Origin: Planctomycetota bacterium
Lineage (GTDB): Bacteria > Planctomycetota > UBA11346
Reading direction: 5' to 3'
Assembly: GCA_031426335.1 (NCBI GenBank)
Contig: JANPLC010000168.1
Span: 16,907-80,906, forward strand
DNA length: 64,000 bases
In this document: positions 53,130-62,997 of the stretch, piece after piece
How the letters are laid out: each line of letters starts with the position of its first letter
How positions within the stretch are numbered: position 1 is the first letter of the stretch
Program-made: the position numbers and the translations under genes
Notes under the pieces: model-generated
Databases searched by the model: none
Told to the model about the DNA's origin: nothing
What the model saw: only the letters and a program-made list of their open reading frames with translations

Positions 53130-55611
53130 ACGTCGTACACGGCCAGGGGCACGGGTGAATCCGACGCTCAACCTGCGACGGGCCATGATGGTGGCAGTGG
53201 TGTCGGCCAGCCTGCTGATCATCGGTCTGCTCTTCCACTTAGCGCGCTCCGGGTCCATTTCGCGCGGTCTCGATGAGACCAGTCGATGGTCCAACCGCGT
53301 CACCACCACGGTGACGGAACTCGATCACCTGGTCTACGAGTTCATGCTTCATCCCCATCCCCGTCCGGTGCAACAGTGGCGCATCCTCAGCGAAGAGCTG
53401 CAACGCCAGTTTACCCGCCTGGAAAATGTGAGTGGCCCTGACCAGCTGGTGGAATGCCTGCGCAGCGAACACCTGCAAGCACGGGAACTGTTCGAAACCA
53501 TCGTTGCTGACAGCACGGGCCAGGCGCAGGCCCCCACTCTCGCATTGGTCCACCTGCGGCGCAGCCGCTTGGTCGAACAGATGCTGCTGGTGTCGCGGTC
53601 GTCGGTGAACCACGCCAATACCATCCACCGCGCCAGCCTACGCGAGCAAGCGCGCATCAAGCACCGGGACGACGCTATCACCCTGGTCGCGCTGGGCGCC
53701 ACCATCGTGCTGCTCGTGTGGTTGCTCGGCCATGTCCACCGGCAGGTGTTGTCACGCGTCGAAGCCCTGCGTGTGGTGGCGGAACGCGCCGCCAGCGGCC
53801 AGTTGGAAGTACAATTGGGCGATCAGCGCGAGGACGAGATCGGCCGGCTGTCACGCAGTTTCGACCACCTGCTGAGCGAGGTCCGCAGCTCGCGTGAACG
53901 CGTCAGTGAAGAAGTCGCCCTGCGCGCCAGCGAGGAGCGCCAGCGACAGATCATCGACGCTTTGCCAAGCCTGGTGTGGGCGGCCCTGCCCGACGGCACC
54001 ATCGACACCAGCAATCGTGCTTGGCGCGAGCAGTTCGCCGTCACTCCGGATGCACCCGGGTATGACTGGACAGAACTGCTACATCCAGTTGATCTCTCGT
54101 CCTGGCGCTCGGCGTGGTCCTCTGCCCTGAGCAGCGGCAGTGGCTTCGAAATCGAGTTCCGCCTTCGTCGTCGCGACGGTTGGTGCTGGTACCTGGTCCG
54201 AGTCGCGCCGCTGACCAACGACCGCGGTCGGCTGCAACGTTGGGTGTGCAAGGCGGTGGACATCAATCATCAGAAGCAGCTCGAACACCACCTGCGCAAT
54301 TCGCGCAACCAAGCCGAACTACTCAACCAGGTGGGGCTCGACCTGGTGGGCGAACTCGACATCGACCGCCTGACTCAGCGCGTCACCGACACTGCGCGGG
54401 CACTGGTCGAGGGGGAGTTCGCCGCGTTGTTCTACAACGACACGGATGCCACGGGTGGCGACGCCTACCTGCTCTACGCCGTCTCTGGTCTGCCGAAGGA
54501 AGTCTTCAGCGGCCTCGGCATGCCCCGCGCCACCGAATTGTTCCGCCCGACCTTTGTTGGTGACGCAGTGGTGCGCTGCGACGATGTGCGCCAGGATCCG
54601 CGGTATGGCCGCAACGGCCCACACCACGGCATACCCGACGGTCATCCGAGCGTGGTCAGCTACCTGGCGGTGCCGGTGCGTACGCGCTCTGGTGCGGTCA
54701 TCGGCGGCTTGTTCTGTGGCCATTCACAACCAGCCCAGTTCACGGCACAACATGAGCGGCTGGTACTGGGCATTGCCGCTCTGGCGGCCACCGCATTCGA
54801 CAGTGCGCGGCTGATCGATGCTGAACGTCGGCAGCGTCGTTTGACGGATCAGCGTTCGTCAGAGTTGGCGCGCTCCAATGCCGAGCTTGAGCAGTTCGCT
54901 TATATCTGTTCACACGACCTCCAGGAACCGCTGCGCATGGTCAGTTCGTTTCTCAGTCTGTTGGACGAACGTTACCGCGGCCAACTCGACGAGCGTGGTC
55001 GTGACTACATCCAGCGCGCCATCGCCGGCTCATTGCGGATGCACAAGCTGATACGCGACATCCTGGCGTTTTCCCGCGTCGGCCGCGGTGAGCGCGCCGA
55101 GGAGCTCCTGCCACTCGACGAGGTGGTCGACGAGGCGCTCGCCAACCTCCAGAGCGTCATTGAGCAATCCGGCGCACAGATCGAGCGCGAGCCACTGCCG
55201 CGCGTGCGCGCCAACCGCCTGCAATGTGTGCAGCTGTTCCAGAACCTCATCGGCAACGCCTTGAAGTTCCGCGGTGAGGCGACTCCGGTGGTGCGCATCA
55301 CCGCTGCCCAGGAGGGTCAGCGGTGGCGTCTGGCGATCGCGGACAACGGCATCGGCATCGATCCCGCCCAACACCAGCGCATCTTCCAGGTATTCCAGCG
55401 ACTGCACGGTCGCGACCAGTTCGAAGGCACCGGCATCGGCCTGAGCCTGTGCCAGAAGATCGTGCTCGCCCATGGCGGAGTGATCGGTGTGCAGTCGCAA
55501 CTCGGCCAGGGGGCCTGCTTCTGGTTTACCTTGCCGGATCCGAGCGAACACGAGCAGACGCCACACTCCGGTCAGCACGCCATCGTCGCTGACGAGAGCG
55601 GGACAGCATGA
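53110..55611 (+). CDS. Multidomain sensor histidine kinase (TM-HAMP-PAS-GAF-HisKA-HATPase)
   Basis: H-box FAYICSHDLQEPLRMV; N/G boxes (FQNLIGNALKF, DNGIGID, GTGIGLSL); PAS and GAF-like middle regions. Confidence 0.85.
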   Translation: MARAVHERRTRPGARVNPTLNLRRAMMVAVVSASLLIIGLLFHLARSGSISRGLDETSRWSNRVTTTVTELDHLVYEFMLHPHPRPVQQWRILSEELQRQFTRLENVSGPDQLVECLRSEHLQARELFETIVADSTGQAQAPTLALVHLRRSRLVEQMLLVSRSSVNHANTIHRASLREQARIKHRDDAITLVALGATIVLLVWLLGHVHRQVLSRVEALRVVAERAASGQLEVQLGDQREDEIGRLSRSFDHLLSEVRSSRERVSEEVALRASEERQRQIIDALPSLVWAALPDGTIDTSNRAWREQFAVTPDAPGYDWTELLHPVDLSSWRSAWSSALSSGSGFEIEFRLRRRDGWCWYLVRVAPLTNDRGRLQRWVCKAVDINHQKQLEHHLRNSRNQAELLNQVGLDLVGELDIDRLTQRVTDTARALVEGEFAALFYNDTDATGGDAYLLYAVSGLPKEVFSGLGMPRATELFRPTFVGDAVVRCDDVRQDPRYGRNGPHHGIPDGHPSVVSYLAVPVRTRSGAVIGGLFCGHSQPAQFTAQHERLVLGIAALAATAFDSARLIDAERRQRRLTDQRSSELARSNAELEQFAYICSHDLQEPLRMVSSFLSLLDERYRGQLDERGRDYIQRAIAGSLRMHKLIRDILAFSRVGRGERAEELLPLDEVVDEALANLQSVIEQSGAQIEREPLPRVRANRLQCVQLFQNLIGNALKFRGEATPVVRITAAQEGQRWRLAIADNGIGIDPAQHQRIFQVFQRLHGRDQFEGTGIGLSLCQKIVLAHGGVIGVQSQLGQGACFWFTLPDPSEHEQTPHSGQHAIVADESGTA

Positions 55612-55741
55612 GGTGGCTGGCACGATTCCTGCGCGTGTTTGCTCAGCCGTCGAGGGCCGGAGGCCCACGAGTCCGCCCAACCTAGCTGCCATACCGCGTT
55701 GGAGACGCGTGGCCGCCCCTCACCCAGAAAACCCGACCCCG

Positions 55742-56170
55742 ATGACCACCACCCTCCACCGTCTGCTCGTCGTCGACGACAACCCAGGCGACATCGAACT
55801 GGTTCGCATCGCTTGCGAGATGGCCGGCCTCGGCGTGGTGATCGAAAGTGTCGCGGACGGTATCGAGGCCATGCGTTACCTCAGCACTGCGGCGGCGGCC
55901 GGCACCCTGCCGGCGATGGTGCTGCTGGATCTCAACATGCCGCGCGCCAACGGCTTTGAAGTGCTCGACTTCCTCTGCGTACGCCACCTGGTGGAGCAGG
56001 TGCCGGTGGTGGTACTCTCGACCTCGCACCTCGTGGAGGACCGTCGGCGGTGCCTCGCCCTGGGCGCGCGTGCGATGTACTGCAAACCGGAATCGATCCA
56101 GGATCTGCGCCAGCTGGTGGAAAAATTCCGCATCTACCTCAACCACACCAGCGTCGGTGGACCCGCCTAA
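55742..56170 (+). CDS. Single-domain response regulator
   Basis: LLVVDDNPGDIEL...MVLLDLNMPRANGFEVL...VVVLSTS. Confidence 0.85.
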   Translation: MTTTLHRLLVVDDNPGDIELVRIACEMAGLGVVIESVADGIEAMRYLSTAAAAGTLPAMVLLDLNMPRANGFEVLDFLCVRHLVEQVPVVVLSTSHLVEDRRRCLALGARAMYCKPESIQDLRQLVEKFRIYLNHTSVGGPA

Positions 56171-56381
56171 CGGGCTATGCCCACGGTTGCTACCCGGGGT
56201 CACGCTTCATTTCGCACGATGACCCCTCAGGAGGTCATGCAGAGTGCAGTACGGCATCCGTGCGCACACCCCTGGTCAGCTGATTTTATTTGGCCCGCGC
56301 GGCGCTCCCTTCCCGGAGCGGCGACGGCACTGACGACCGTGGCCATCAATCCGGTCACGGCCCTGCAAAGAAGGATTCCTG

Positions 56382-56879
56382 ATGGCGAACGAGGACCATG
56401 ACGACGAACAGCCGGACGCACCGTCCGCCGCTCACACCAACGCGATGGGTGACCGAGTGCAGACGATGGCGGGGCTCAATCGCCTGCTGGCCACGGAGCT
56501 GGCCGCCGCCGATGCCTGCTACCGCGCTAGTGTGTTGTTGGAACCATTGCCGGTCGCCGCGGCCTTACGCGGAGTGACGGATGGACACCTGCATCGTGCC
56601 AGTGTGTTGCGGGCAACCATCCTGGCGCAGCACGGTCACTACGGCGTGCAGCCGGCACCGGCGAGTGTGCTGGCGGAGCAGTTTTCGTCCGATGTCCGAT
56701 CGGTGCTGGCGCTGCTGCTGAGCGTGCAAGAGCGCGCCGTCGCGGACTACCGGCTCACGCTCAGCCAACTCGACGACCTCACCCGCACCCGGATTGAAGC
56801 CGAACTGCTACCGGCGCAGGAACGTGCCCTTGCCACGCTGGCCAGCCTGCAACCACCAAAGGCAGATGGCTCGGTGTGA
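56382..56879 (+). CDS. Four-helix-bundle ferritin-like protein (DUF2383-like), paralogue of 46399..46854
   Basis: LNRLLATELAAADACYRA...ERAVADYRLTL. Confidence 0.55.
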   Translation: MANEDHDDEQPDAPSAAHTNAMGDRVQTMAGLNRLLATELAAADACYRASVLLEPLPVAAALRGVTDGHLHRASVLRATILAQHGHYGVQPAPASVLAEQFSSDVRSVLALLLSVQERAVADYRLTLSQLDDLTRTRIEAELLPAQERALATLASLQPPKADGSV

Positions 56880-56949
56880 ACCGTGAAAACGTAGTGCGAG
56901 GTGCGAATCACCAAGGACCACCTCGCACAGTTCTTTTCAAGTTCAACGG

Positions 56950-58212
56950 TCAGCGCGTGGGAAAAGTGCAGACGCAGGTCGTGCCCTGACCGGGACTGCT
57001 GGTGATGCTGATGCGTCCACCCATCCGCCGCATGTTGGTGAAACAGGTCGACAAACCCAGGCCGGTGCCACGCGTGCCTTTGGTGGTGTAAAACGGATCG
57101 AAGGCACGGGCGAGTGTGGCCTGGTCCATGCCGCACCCGCTGTCCGCGACTTTCATCACCACGGTCGGCTGGTGTTCCTCATCCACGCCACGGCTGACGG
57201 TGACGGTGATGGTGCCATAGTCACTGATCGCGTCGCGCGCGTTGACCACCAGATTCATCGCCACTTGTTCCAGCGACACCGCGTCGCCCGTGATCGTCAT
57301 CGCCTCGTCGGGCAGGCGCAGATCCAGGAAGATGCGTTTCGGCAAGGTGCTGCGCAGGACCGCCTGCATGCTGCGCACCACGCCGGCCAGATCGATGTCG
57401 GCTTCGGTGATGTCGCGGCCCTTGCCGAAGGTCAGCAGCCGTTTGACCAAGGCGCCCGCACGGGTGGCGGCATCGATCACCAGGCCGGCCCGTTCACGCA
57501 CCTGTTCCGCTGGCAGGTTGGGGCGCAGCAGAAAATCGCTCTGCCCCATGATGGTGGTGAGCAGATTGTTGAAGTCGTGCCCGATGGCACAGGCCATGCG
57601 TCCGAGCGCTTCCATCTTCTGGTTGGTGTGTTCGCGTTCCTCCTGCAGGCGCAACGCCCGTTCAGCGACCAAGCGATCCTGGCGTTCGTAGTATAGCCCG
57701 CAGATGAGTGCCACCTGCATGGCAAACGACTGGTCCGCGTCGCTCCACAACCGTGGACCGCCAAGATGTTCCAGACACAACACGCCGACCGCCTTGCCGC
57801 CGCGCCAAATCGGTGCGTCGAGCATCGCGCCGATGCCGAGTGGTTGCAGGTAGGGGCTGCTAAAACAGGCGGTCGCCGGATGCTGGTGCGCGTCCTCGGC
57901 CGGAATCACCACCGAGCGATCGAGCGCGGTGAAATAGGACGGAAAATCCGCCCGTCGCAGCACCGTTCCATGCGAGTGCGTGGCACCGTCGTAGAGTTCC
58001 TGGCAGACAATGGCATCCAGTGCTTCATTGCGCAGCCATACCGAAGCCCGCGCCACCCCCATCCCGGAAGCCGCCAGTTCGGTCAAACGTTCCAGAATCC
58101 GCGCATCGTCCGAACCGTCCTCAGCGATCGACAGGCGCACCAGCCGTACCAACACCTCTTGGGCAGAGGACGGCAGGACGATGGGGTGCACGGCAGTCGA
58201 CATACGGAACAA
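56950..58212 (-). CDS. GAF-domain sensor histidine kinase
   Basis: GAF-like N-terminal half; H-box MACAIGHDFNNLLT; HATPase (DSGCGMD, GTGLGLS). Confidence 0.85.
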   Translation of the reverse strand: MFRMSTAVHPIVLPSSAQEVLVRLVRLSIAEDGSDDARILERLTELAASGMGVARASVWLRNEALDAIVCQELYDGATHSHGTVLRRADFPSYFTALDRSVVIPAEDAHQHPATACFSSPYLQPLGIGAMLDAPIWRGGKAVGVLCLEHLGGPRLWSDADQSFAMQVALICGLYYERQDRLVAERALRLQEEREHTNQKMEALGRMACAIGHDFNNLLTTIMGQSDFLLRPNLPAEQVRERAGLVIDAATRAGALVKRLLTFGKGRDITEADIDLAGVVRSMQAVLRSTLPKRIFLDLRLPDEAMTITGDAVSLEQVAMNLVVNARDAISDYGTITVTVSRGVDEEHQPTVVMKVADSGCGMDQATLARAFDPFYTTKGTRGTGLGLSTCFTNMRRMGGRISITSSPGQGTTCVCTFPTR

Positions 58213-58277
58213 GCATGGCTCACAAATTCGACGCTCGCAAGTTCCGCCCCCCCAGCGCTCCGCGCCTGGGATTATCG

Positions 58278-60077
58278 TCAGGTCCCGGCCTCGCCTTGTT
58301 CGTAGGCCCGGTACAACTCGGCATACGCACTGCCCTGCGCCATCAGCGCCGCATGATCGCCGGTCTCGACCAGCCGCCCGTCGCGGATTACCGCGATGCG
58401 GTCAGCGTCGCGGATGGTCGCCAAGCGGTGCGCGATGATGATCGCCGTGCGTCCGTGCGACAGGCGCCGCAGCGCCCGTTGGATGCGCGACTCGGTGTGG
58501 ATGTCGACCGCCGAGGTCGCCTCGTCGAGCACCAGCACCGCCGGATCGGCGAGGTACGCGCGCACCAGACACACCAGCTGGCGTTGGCCGTGGCTGAGGT
58601 GTGCGCCGAGCGGACCGACCTGCGTCTGGTAGCCGGCCGGCAAACGTTCGAGCACCTCGTCGGCACCAAGTGAAGTCGCCGCCGCGATCAGCTCCGCGTC
58701 CGTCGCGCTCGGTCGCGCCATGCGCAGGTTGTCGAGCACCGTGCCGCTGAAGAGAATGTTGTCCTGCAACACCACGCCGACGTGGCGGCGCAGGTCCTGT
58801 TGTCCCAGCGTGCGCACGTCATGACCGTCGAGCCGCACTGCGCCCAGCTGCACGTCGTAGAAACGCGAGAGCAGCTGCACCAGCGTGCTCTTGCCGTGGC
58901 CGGTGGGCCCGACGATCGCGAGCACTTCCCCAGGGGGAATGGTGAGCGACAGGTCGTGGATCACCGGACGCGCCGGATCGTAGCCGAAGGTCACGTGGTC
59001 GAAGGTGACCTCGCCGCGAATCTGCCCGAGCGCTTTGGCCTCGGCGGCATCAACGACTTCTGGCGCGGTGTCGAGCAGCAGAAAGATGCGCTGCGCTGAC
59101 GCGGCGCCGGTGGCGAAACGCTCGAACAGATCGCCGAGTTCCTGGATCGGGCCGAGAAAGACGAAGATGTAGAACACCGCTTGCGCGAACTGGCCCAGGG
59201 TGAGCTCACCACGTTCCAGCCCACTGCCACCGACGACGATGAGAATTGCCAAGCCCGCGGTGAACAACAAGCCGGCGTAGGGTTGGAACCAGCCCCAGCC
59301 CCATGTCCCACGCACCGCCGCGCGGTCGAGGTCATGCAACAGCGTTTTATACCGCGCGCGGTTGGCGTCCTCCTGCGCGGTCTGCTGGATGACCCGCACA
59401 CCGCCGACGGTTTCCACCAGGTGTGCGGTGACGCGGCTCTTGGCTTCTGCGACCCGCGCCCACAGCCGTGTGCCGAGTTTTTGGAACGCCACCATCGCCA
59501 GCAACAACGCCGGCACCACGCCGATGAGCGACCAGAACAACAGTGGACTGATGACCCACAGCAGGATGCCGGCACCGAGGCAGCGCAGCGCGGTGGAGGC
59601 CAGCTCCGGCGCGCCGTGCACCACCAACGGTTCGATGGCGTCGACGTCGCGGTCGGCGCGCGCGACGATGCGCCCGACGCGGGTGCGATCGAAGTAACGC
59701 ACCGACAACGACTGCACGTGGGCGAAAAGTTGGCCGCGCAAGTCATTCAGCAGACGGATGGCGATGGTGCCATTGAGCCAATGAGTGACGCCGGCCAGCC
59801 CGAAGCGCAAGATCCAGGTCAACGCCAAGCCACCACACATCAGCGCCACCAGACCGTGGTCGATCAACCATCCGCCATCCTGCGGGATCAGTCCATGATC
59901 GATCACCTGTTGGATGAACCACGGCCGCGCAAAGATCGACGACACCAACACGACCTCGACCAGCATCACCAGGATGACGCGGTTACGCACCGGCCGAATG
60001 AGCGTCAGGATGCGGCGCAACATCCGGCGATCGAGCTTGGCCCGCGCGAGAGATTCTTCGACCGCGAGATCGCTCAT
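58278..60077 (-). CDS. ABC exporter, fused permease/ATPase (MsbA/MdlB-like), subunit 2
   Basis: Six-TM N-terminal half; Walker A GPTGHGKST, signature LSHGQRQ, Walker B LVLDEATS. Confidence 0.9.
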   Translation of the reverse strand: MSDLAVEESLARAKLDRRMLRRILTLIRPVRNRVILVMLVEVVLVSSIFARPWFIQQVIDHGLIPQDGGWLIDHGLVALMCGGLALTWILRFGLAGVTHWLNGTIAIRLLNDLRGQLFAHVQSLSVRYFDRTRVGRIVARADRDVDAIEPLVVHGAPELASTALRCLGAGILLWVISPLLFWSLIGVVPALLLAMVAFQKLGTRLWARVAEAKSRVTAHLVETVGGVRVIQQTAQEDANRARYKTLLHDLDRAAVRGTWGWGWFQPYAGLLFTAGLAILIVVGGSGLERGELTLGQFAQAVFYIFVFLGPIQELGDLFERFATGAASAQRIFLLLDTAPEVVDAAEAKALGQIRGEVTFDHVTFGYDPARPVIHDLSLTIPPGEVLAIVGPTGHGKSTLVQLLSRFYDVQLGAVRLDGHDVRTLGQQDLRRHVGVVLQDNILFSGTVLDNLRMARPSATDAELIAAATSLGADEVLERLPAGYQTQVGPLGAHLSHGQRQLVCLVRAYLADPAVLVLDEATSAVDIHTESRIQRALRRLSHGRTAIIIAHRLATIRDADRIAVIRDGRLVETGDHAALMAQGSAYAELYRAYEQGEAGT

Positions 60078-62011
60078 GACGGGCTTCGCCCGTCAGTCCG
60101 GGGTCCGGGGTCCGGGGTCCGGGGTCTCGTGTCATCCGCACCAAGAACGTCAGCCCGGGGGACTCCGGACTCCGGACCCCGGACCCCGGACTCATCCAAC
60201 CCCAACAACTCCCGATACGCCGGGTTGTCGCGCACCAGCTCGGCATGCGTCCCTGACGCCGTGATCCGTCCACGCTCCAACATGACGACGCGATCAGCGA
60301 GCAGGATGGTCGAGAGTTTGCTCGCGATCAGCAGCGTGGTCGTGCCGCCGTCGAGGTTGCGCAAGTTATCGAGGATCCGTCGCTCGGTTACGGCATCGAG
60401 CGCGCTGGTGGCGTCGTCGCAGCACAGCACTGCCGGCTTGGTGATCAGCGCCCGCGCCAAACACAGCCGCTGACGTTGGCCGCCGGACAAGGTGGCACCG
60501 CGCTCACCGATGACGGTGGCCAAGCCGTCGGGCAGGCCAGCGACGATGTCCTCGGCGCTCGCCAGGCGCAGCGCTGCGCGCACGTCGTCATCACTCGCGC
60601 CGGGACGGCCCAGACGCAGGTTGGCGTACACCGTGTCGCTGAAGAGGAAGCTGTCCTGGTAGACCACCTGCACGCGTTGGCGCAGGGCCGCGAGTTTCAG
60701 TGATCGCGCGTCGCGCCAGCCCGTGCGCTCATCGCCGAAGCCGACGCTGCCGGAATCCGGATCGGCGAGTCGCGGCAGCAGGTGCGCCAAGGTGCTCTTG
60801 CCTGAACCCGTGACGCCGACCAACGCGACGACCTCGCCTGGACGCAGTTCCAGATCCAGGCGGTCGAGCACCATCACGCCCGCTGGACTGCGCACCGACA
60901 CCTGGTCGAAGCGCACTCCGAACGGCACTGCCGGCAGATCGCCGTCGCCATCGTGCACCGCCGGCTCGGCGTCGAGCAGCTCCATGATACGCGCGGCCGA
61001 GGCGCTGGCCTCAGCGAAGGTCTGGATGGTGCGCCCGACGCCTTCGACGCGGAAGATCACCGCGGTGATGACCATCAAGGACGCCACTAGTTCGCCGAGC
61101 GTCAGTTGGCCGTGGCTCACCAGCACCGCACCGCAGCCCAGGATCCACACATGCCCCAGGCCGACCAGCATCTGCGGCAGCGGCAGGCGCAGCACGGCGA
61201 AACTCAGCGCGCGGCGCGCTTGCGCCGCAAAACCGCCGACGGCCGTGCGAAAACGCGCAACGCGTGCGTCTTCCAAGGCGAAGGCCTTGATCACCCGCAC
61301 GCCACCGACGCCCTCGGTCAGCTCCTGCGTCACCACGTCATAGGCGTCACCGGCCGCGCGATCGAGCACGACCAACTTGCGCGCCTGACTGATGAACATC
61401 CACAAAGCGATGCCGACCAGCAGCGTCGGCACCAATGCCAACCACAGGTCGTACCAGGCGAGCACACCCAGGCAGGCGATCATCACCAACGCGGTTTCCA
61501 GCAGCGTGCGGAAGCCGCCGACCACCGCATCGCGCACCTTGTCGCTGTCACGCGTGGTGCGCGTGACGATCTCGCCGGCGCCGTGTTTGCGGTGGTAGGA
61601 CTGGTCGAGGCGTTGCACCTGCACCAACACACGGTCGCGCAGGTCGTGCAGCAGTCTCTGCCCGAGCACCATGCCGAGCAGCGTGCCGAGGTACTGGACG
61701 ATCCCGCGGGCGCCGGCGAAGCCCATGAGCAGCGCGGCCCACCACCACGCCCGCGTGGTGTCCATGCTGCCGTCGGCGAGCTGCACCACCGCGACGCCGG
61801 CCTTCACCTCATCGATCGCCAGACCGATGACGTGTTGGGTGAGCGGCAGGCTGAGGTTGACCACGACGGCAACCACGGTCGAGGCCACGAACATCCAGGG
61901 GTAGCGGCGGTAGAAGCCGAAACAGCGCAGCAGCGGATGGACCGTAACGGACATAGGCGAGCCGCGCATGCTCGCGCTGTGGCGGCCGGCGCAACGGGGT
62001 GCTGGCAACAC
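60074..62011 (-). CDS. ABC exporter, fused permease/ATPase, subunit 1, with a ~42-aa repeat-encoded C-terminal tail
   Basis: Walker A GVTGSGKST, LSGGQRQ, LCCDDATS; the last ~42 codons (60074 to about 60200) read through the heptamer palindrome. Confidence 0.85.
   Translation of the reverse strand: MLPAPRCAGRHSASMRGSPMSVTVHPLLRCFGFYRRYPWMFVASTVVAVVVNLSLPLTQHVIGLAIDEVKAGVAVVQLADGSMDTTRAWWWAALLMGFAGARGIVQYLGTLLGMVLGQRLLHDLRDRVLVQVQRLDQSYHRKHGAGEIVTRTTRDSDKVRDAVVGGFRTLLETALVMIACLGVLAWYDLWLALVPTLLVGIALWMFISQARKLVVLDRAAGDAYDVVTQELTEGVGGVRVIKAFALEDARVARFRTAVGGFAAQARRALSFAVLRLPLPQMLVGLGHVWILGCGAVLVSHGQLTLGELVASLMVITAVIFRVEGVGRTIQTFAEASASAARIMELLDAEPAVHDGDGDLPAVPFGVRFDQVSVRSPAGVMVLDRLDLELRPGEVVALVGVTGSGKSTLAHLLPRLADPDSGSVGFGDERTGWRDARSLKLAALRQRVQVVYQDSFLFSDTVYANLRLGRPGASDDDVRAALRLASAEDIVAGLPDGLATVIGERGATLSGGQRQRLCLARALITKPAVLCCDDATSALDAVTERRILDNLRNLDGGTTTLLIASKLSTILLADRVVMLERGRITASGTHAELVRDNPAYRELLGLDESGVRGPESGVPRADVLGADDTRPRTPDPGPRTDGRSPS
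60097..60190. repeat. Heptamer-array palindrome A: (TCCGGGG)x4, ~38-bp spacer, (CTCCGGA)x2(CCCCGGA)x2
   Basis: Left arm 60097-60124, right arm 60163-60190; lies inside the 3' end of the ABC gene. Confidence 0.85.
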
Positions 62012-62109
62012 CTCGGCGATGCGGCTCGCTGGGCTTGCTCTTCTGCTACTGAAGGTCGGTGTTCGTATCCAGGTCGGAGAACCTCACGACCAAGTCTCGC
62101 TCTGCCGCC

Positions 62110-62325
62110 TCACGCGCCGGCGTGGACGCCGCCGTTTTGTTGCAACAGGCTGAGCACGGTGCGCCGCGCGACCACGCGATTGACCCAATGACGGTTCTGG
62201 ATCTTCGCCGTCAGCAAGTCGATGCGTTGCTGGCATTCCTTGAGGTCGAGTTCGGTCAGCCGCGGGCACTGCTTGCGCAACTTGGGGAGCACTTGTTGCC
62301 ACTGGTCATCGGGAATCGTCAGCAT
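62110..62325 (-). CDS. Small hypothetical protein (weak CsbD-like pattern)
   Basis: 71 aa; W-Q..LPKLRKQ.P.LTELDL....IDLLTAKIQ pattern. Confidence 0.35.
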   Translation of the reverse strand: MLTIPDDQWQQVLPKLRKQCPRLTELDLKECQQRIDLLTAKIQNRHWVNRVVARRTVLSLLQQNGGVHAGA

Positions 62326-62421
62326 GGGAACCTCAGCGGGCGCGGACTGTAGGGATGACAGCGCGTGGTCCAGGGGAGGGCGGTGTTCGGCAGACGCGCG
62401 CTGCGGGCGTGAGAAAATGGA

Positions 62422-62532
62422 CTAGGGGCTAGGGGGCTAGGGTCGTGCCGATCACGAGCCTTCAGACACAGGACATCTGATCTCCTCAGCAAACACGATC
62501 CTTCACCACCCTAGCCCCTAACCCCTAGCCCC
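62422..62532. repeat. Heptamer-array palindrome B: CTAGGGG-type units, ~65-bp spacer, CCCCTAG-type units
   Basis: Left arm CTAGGGGCTAGGGGGCTAGGG (62422-62442); right arm CCCTAGCCCCTAACCCCTAGCCCC (62508-62532). Confidence 0.85.
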
Positions 62533-62570
62533 TTTTCTTCCCCCCTTGCCCCAAGGACGACCGTCCAACC

Positions 62571-62990
62571 ATGCCAACCATGCCTAGCATCTTCACCCGC
62601 ATCATCTCCGGCGAGATCCCTGGCAAGTTCGTCTTCCAGGACGAGCGCTGGGTCGCGCTGCTCGACATCAGCCCAGCCAACCCTGGGCATGTGCTGCTGG
62701 TCCCGGTGGCGGAAGCGCAGTACCTCAGCGATCTGCCCGGCGGCACGCTGGCACAGCTGGGTGATCGGCTGTCGCGCCTGATCACGGCGGTGAAGAAGGC
62801 CACTGGCGCACCGGCAGTGAACGTGGTGCTGAACGACGGTCCGGCGGCGAATCAGGCCGTGCCGCACGCCCATCTGCACCTGATTCCGCGTTTCCCTGGG
62901 GACCGCAAGCTGGTTCATCCCAAGGGCACGCCCTACGCCGACGGCGAGCTCGAGCAGTGGGCCGTCGCTCTGCAGCGCGCGTGGGCGTGA
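62571..62990 (+). CDS. HIT-family nucleotide hydrolase
   Basis: Histidine triad HAHLHLIPR. Confidence 0.85.
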   Translation: MPTMPSIFTRIISGEIPGKFVFQDERWVALLDISPANPGHVLLVPVAEAQYLSDLPGGTLAQLGDRLSRLITAVKKATGAPAVNVVLNDGPAANQAVPHAHLHLIPRFPGDRKLVHPKGTPYADGELEQWAVALQRAWA

Positions 62991-62997
62991 GCCGCCG

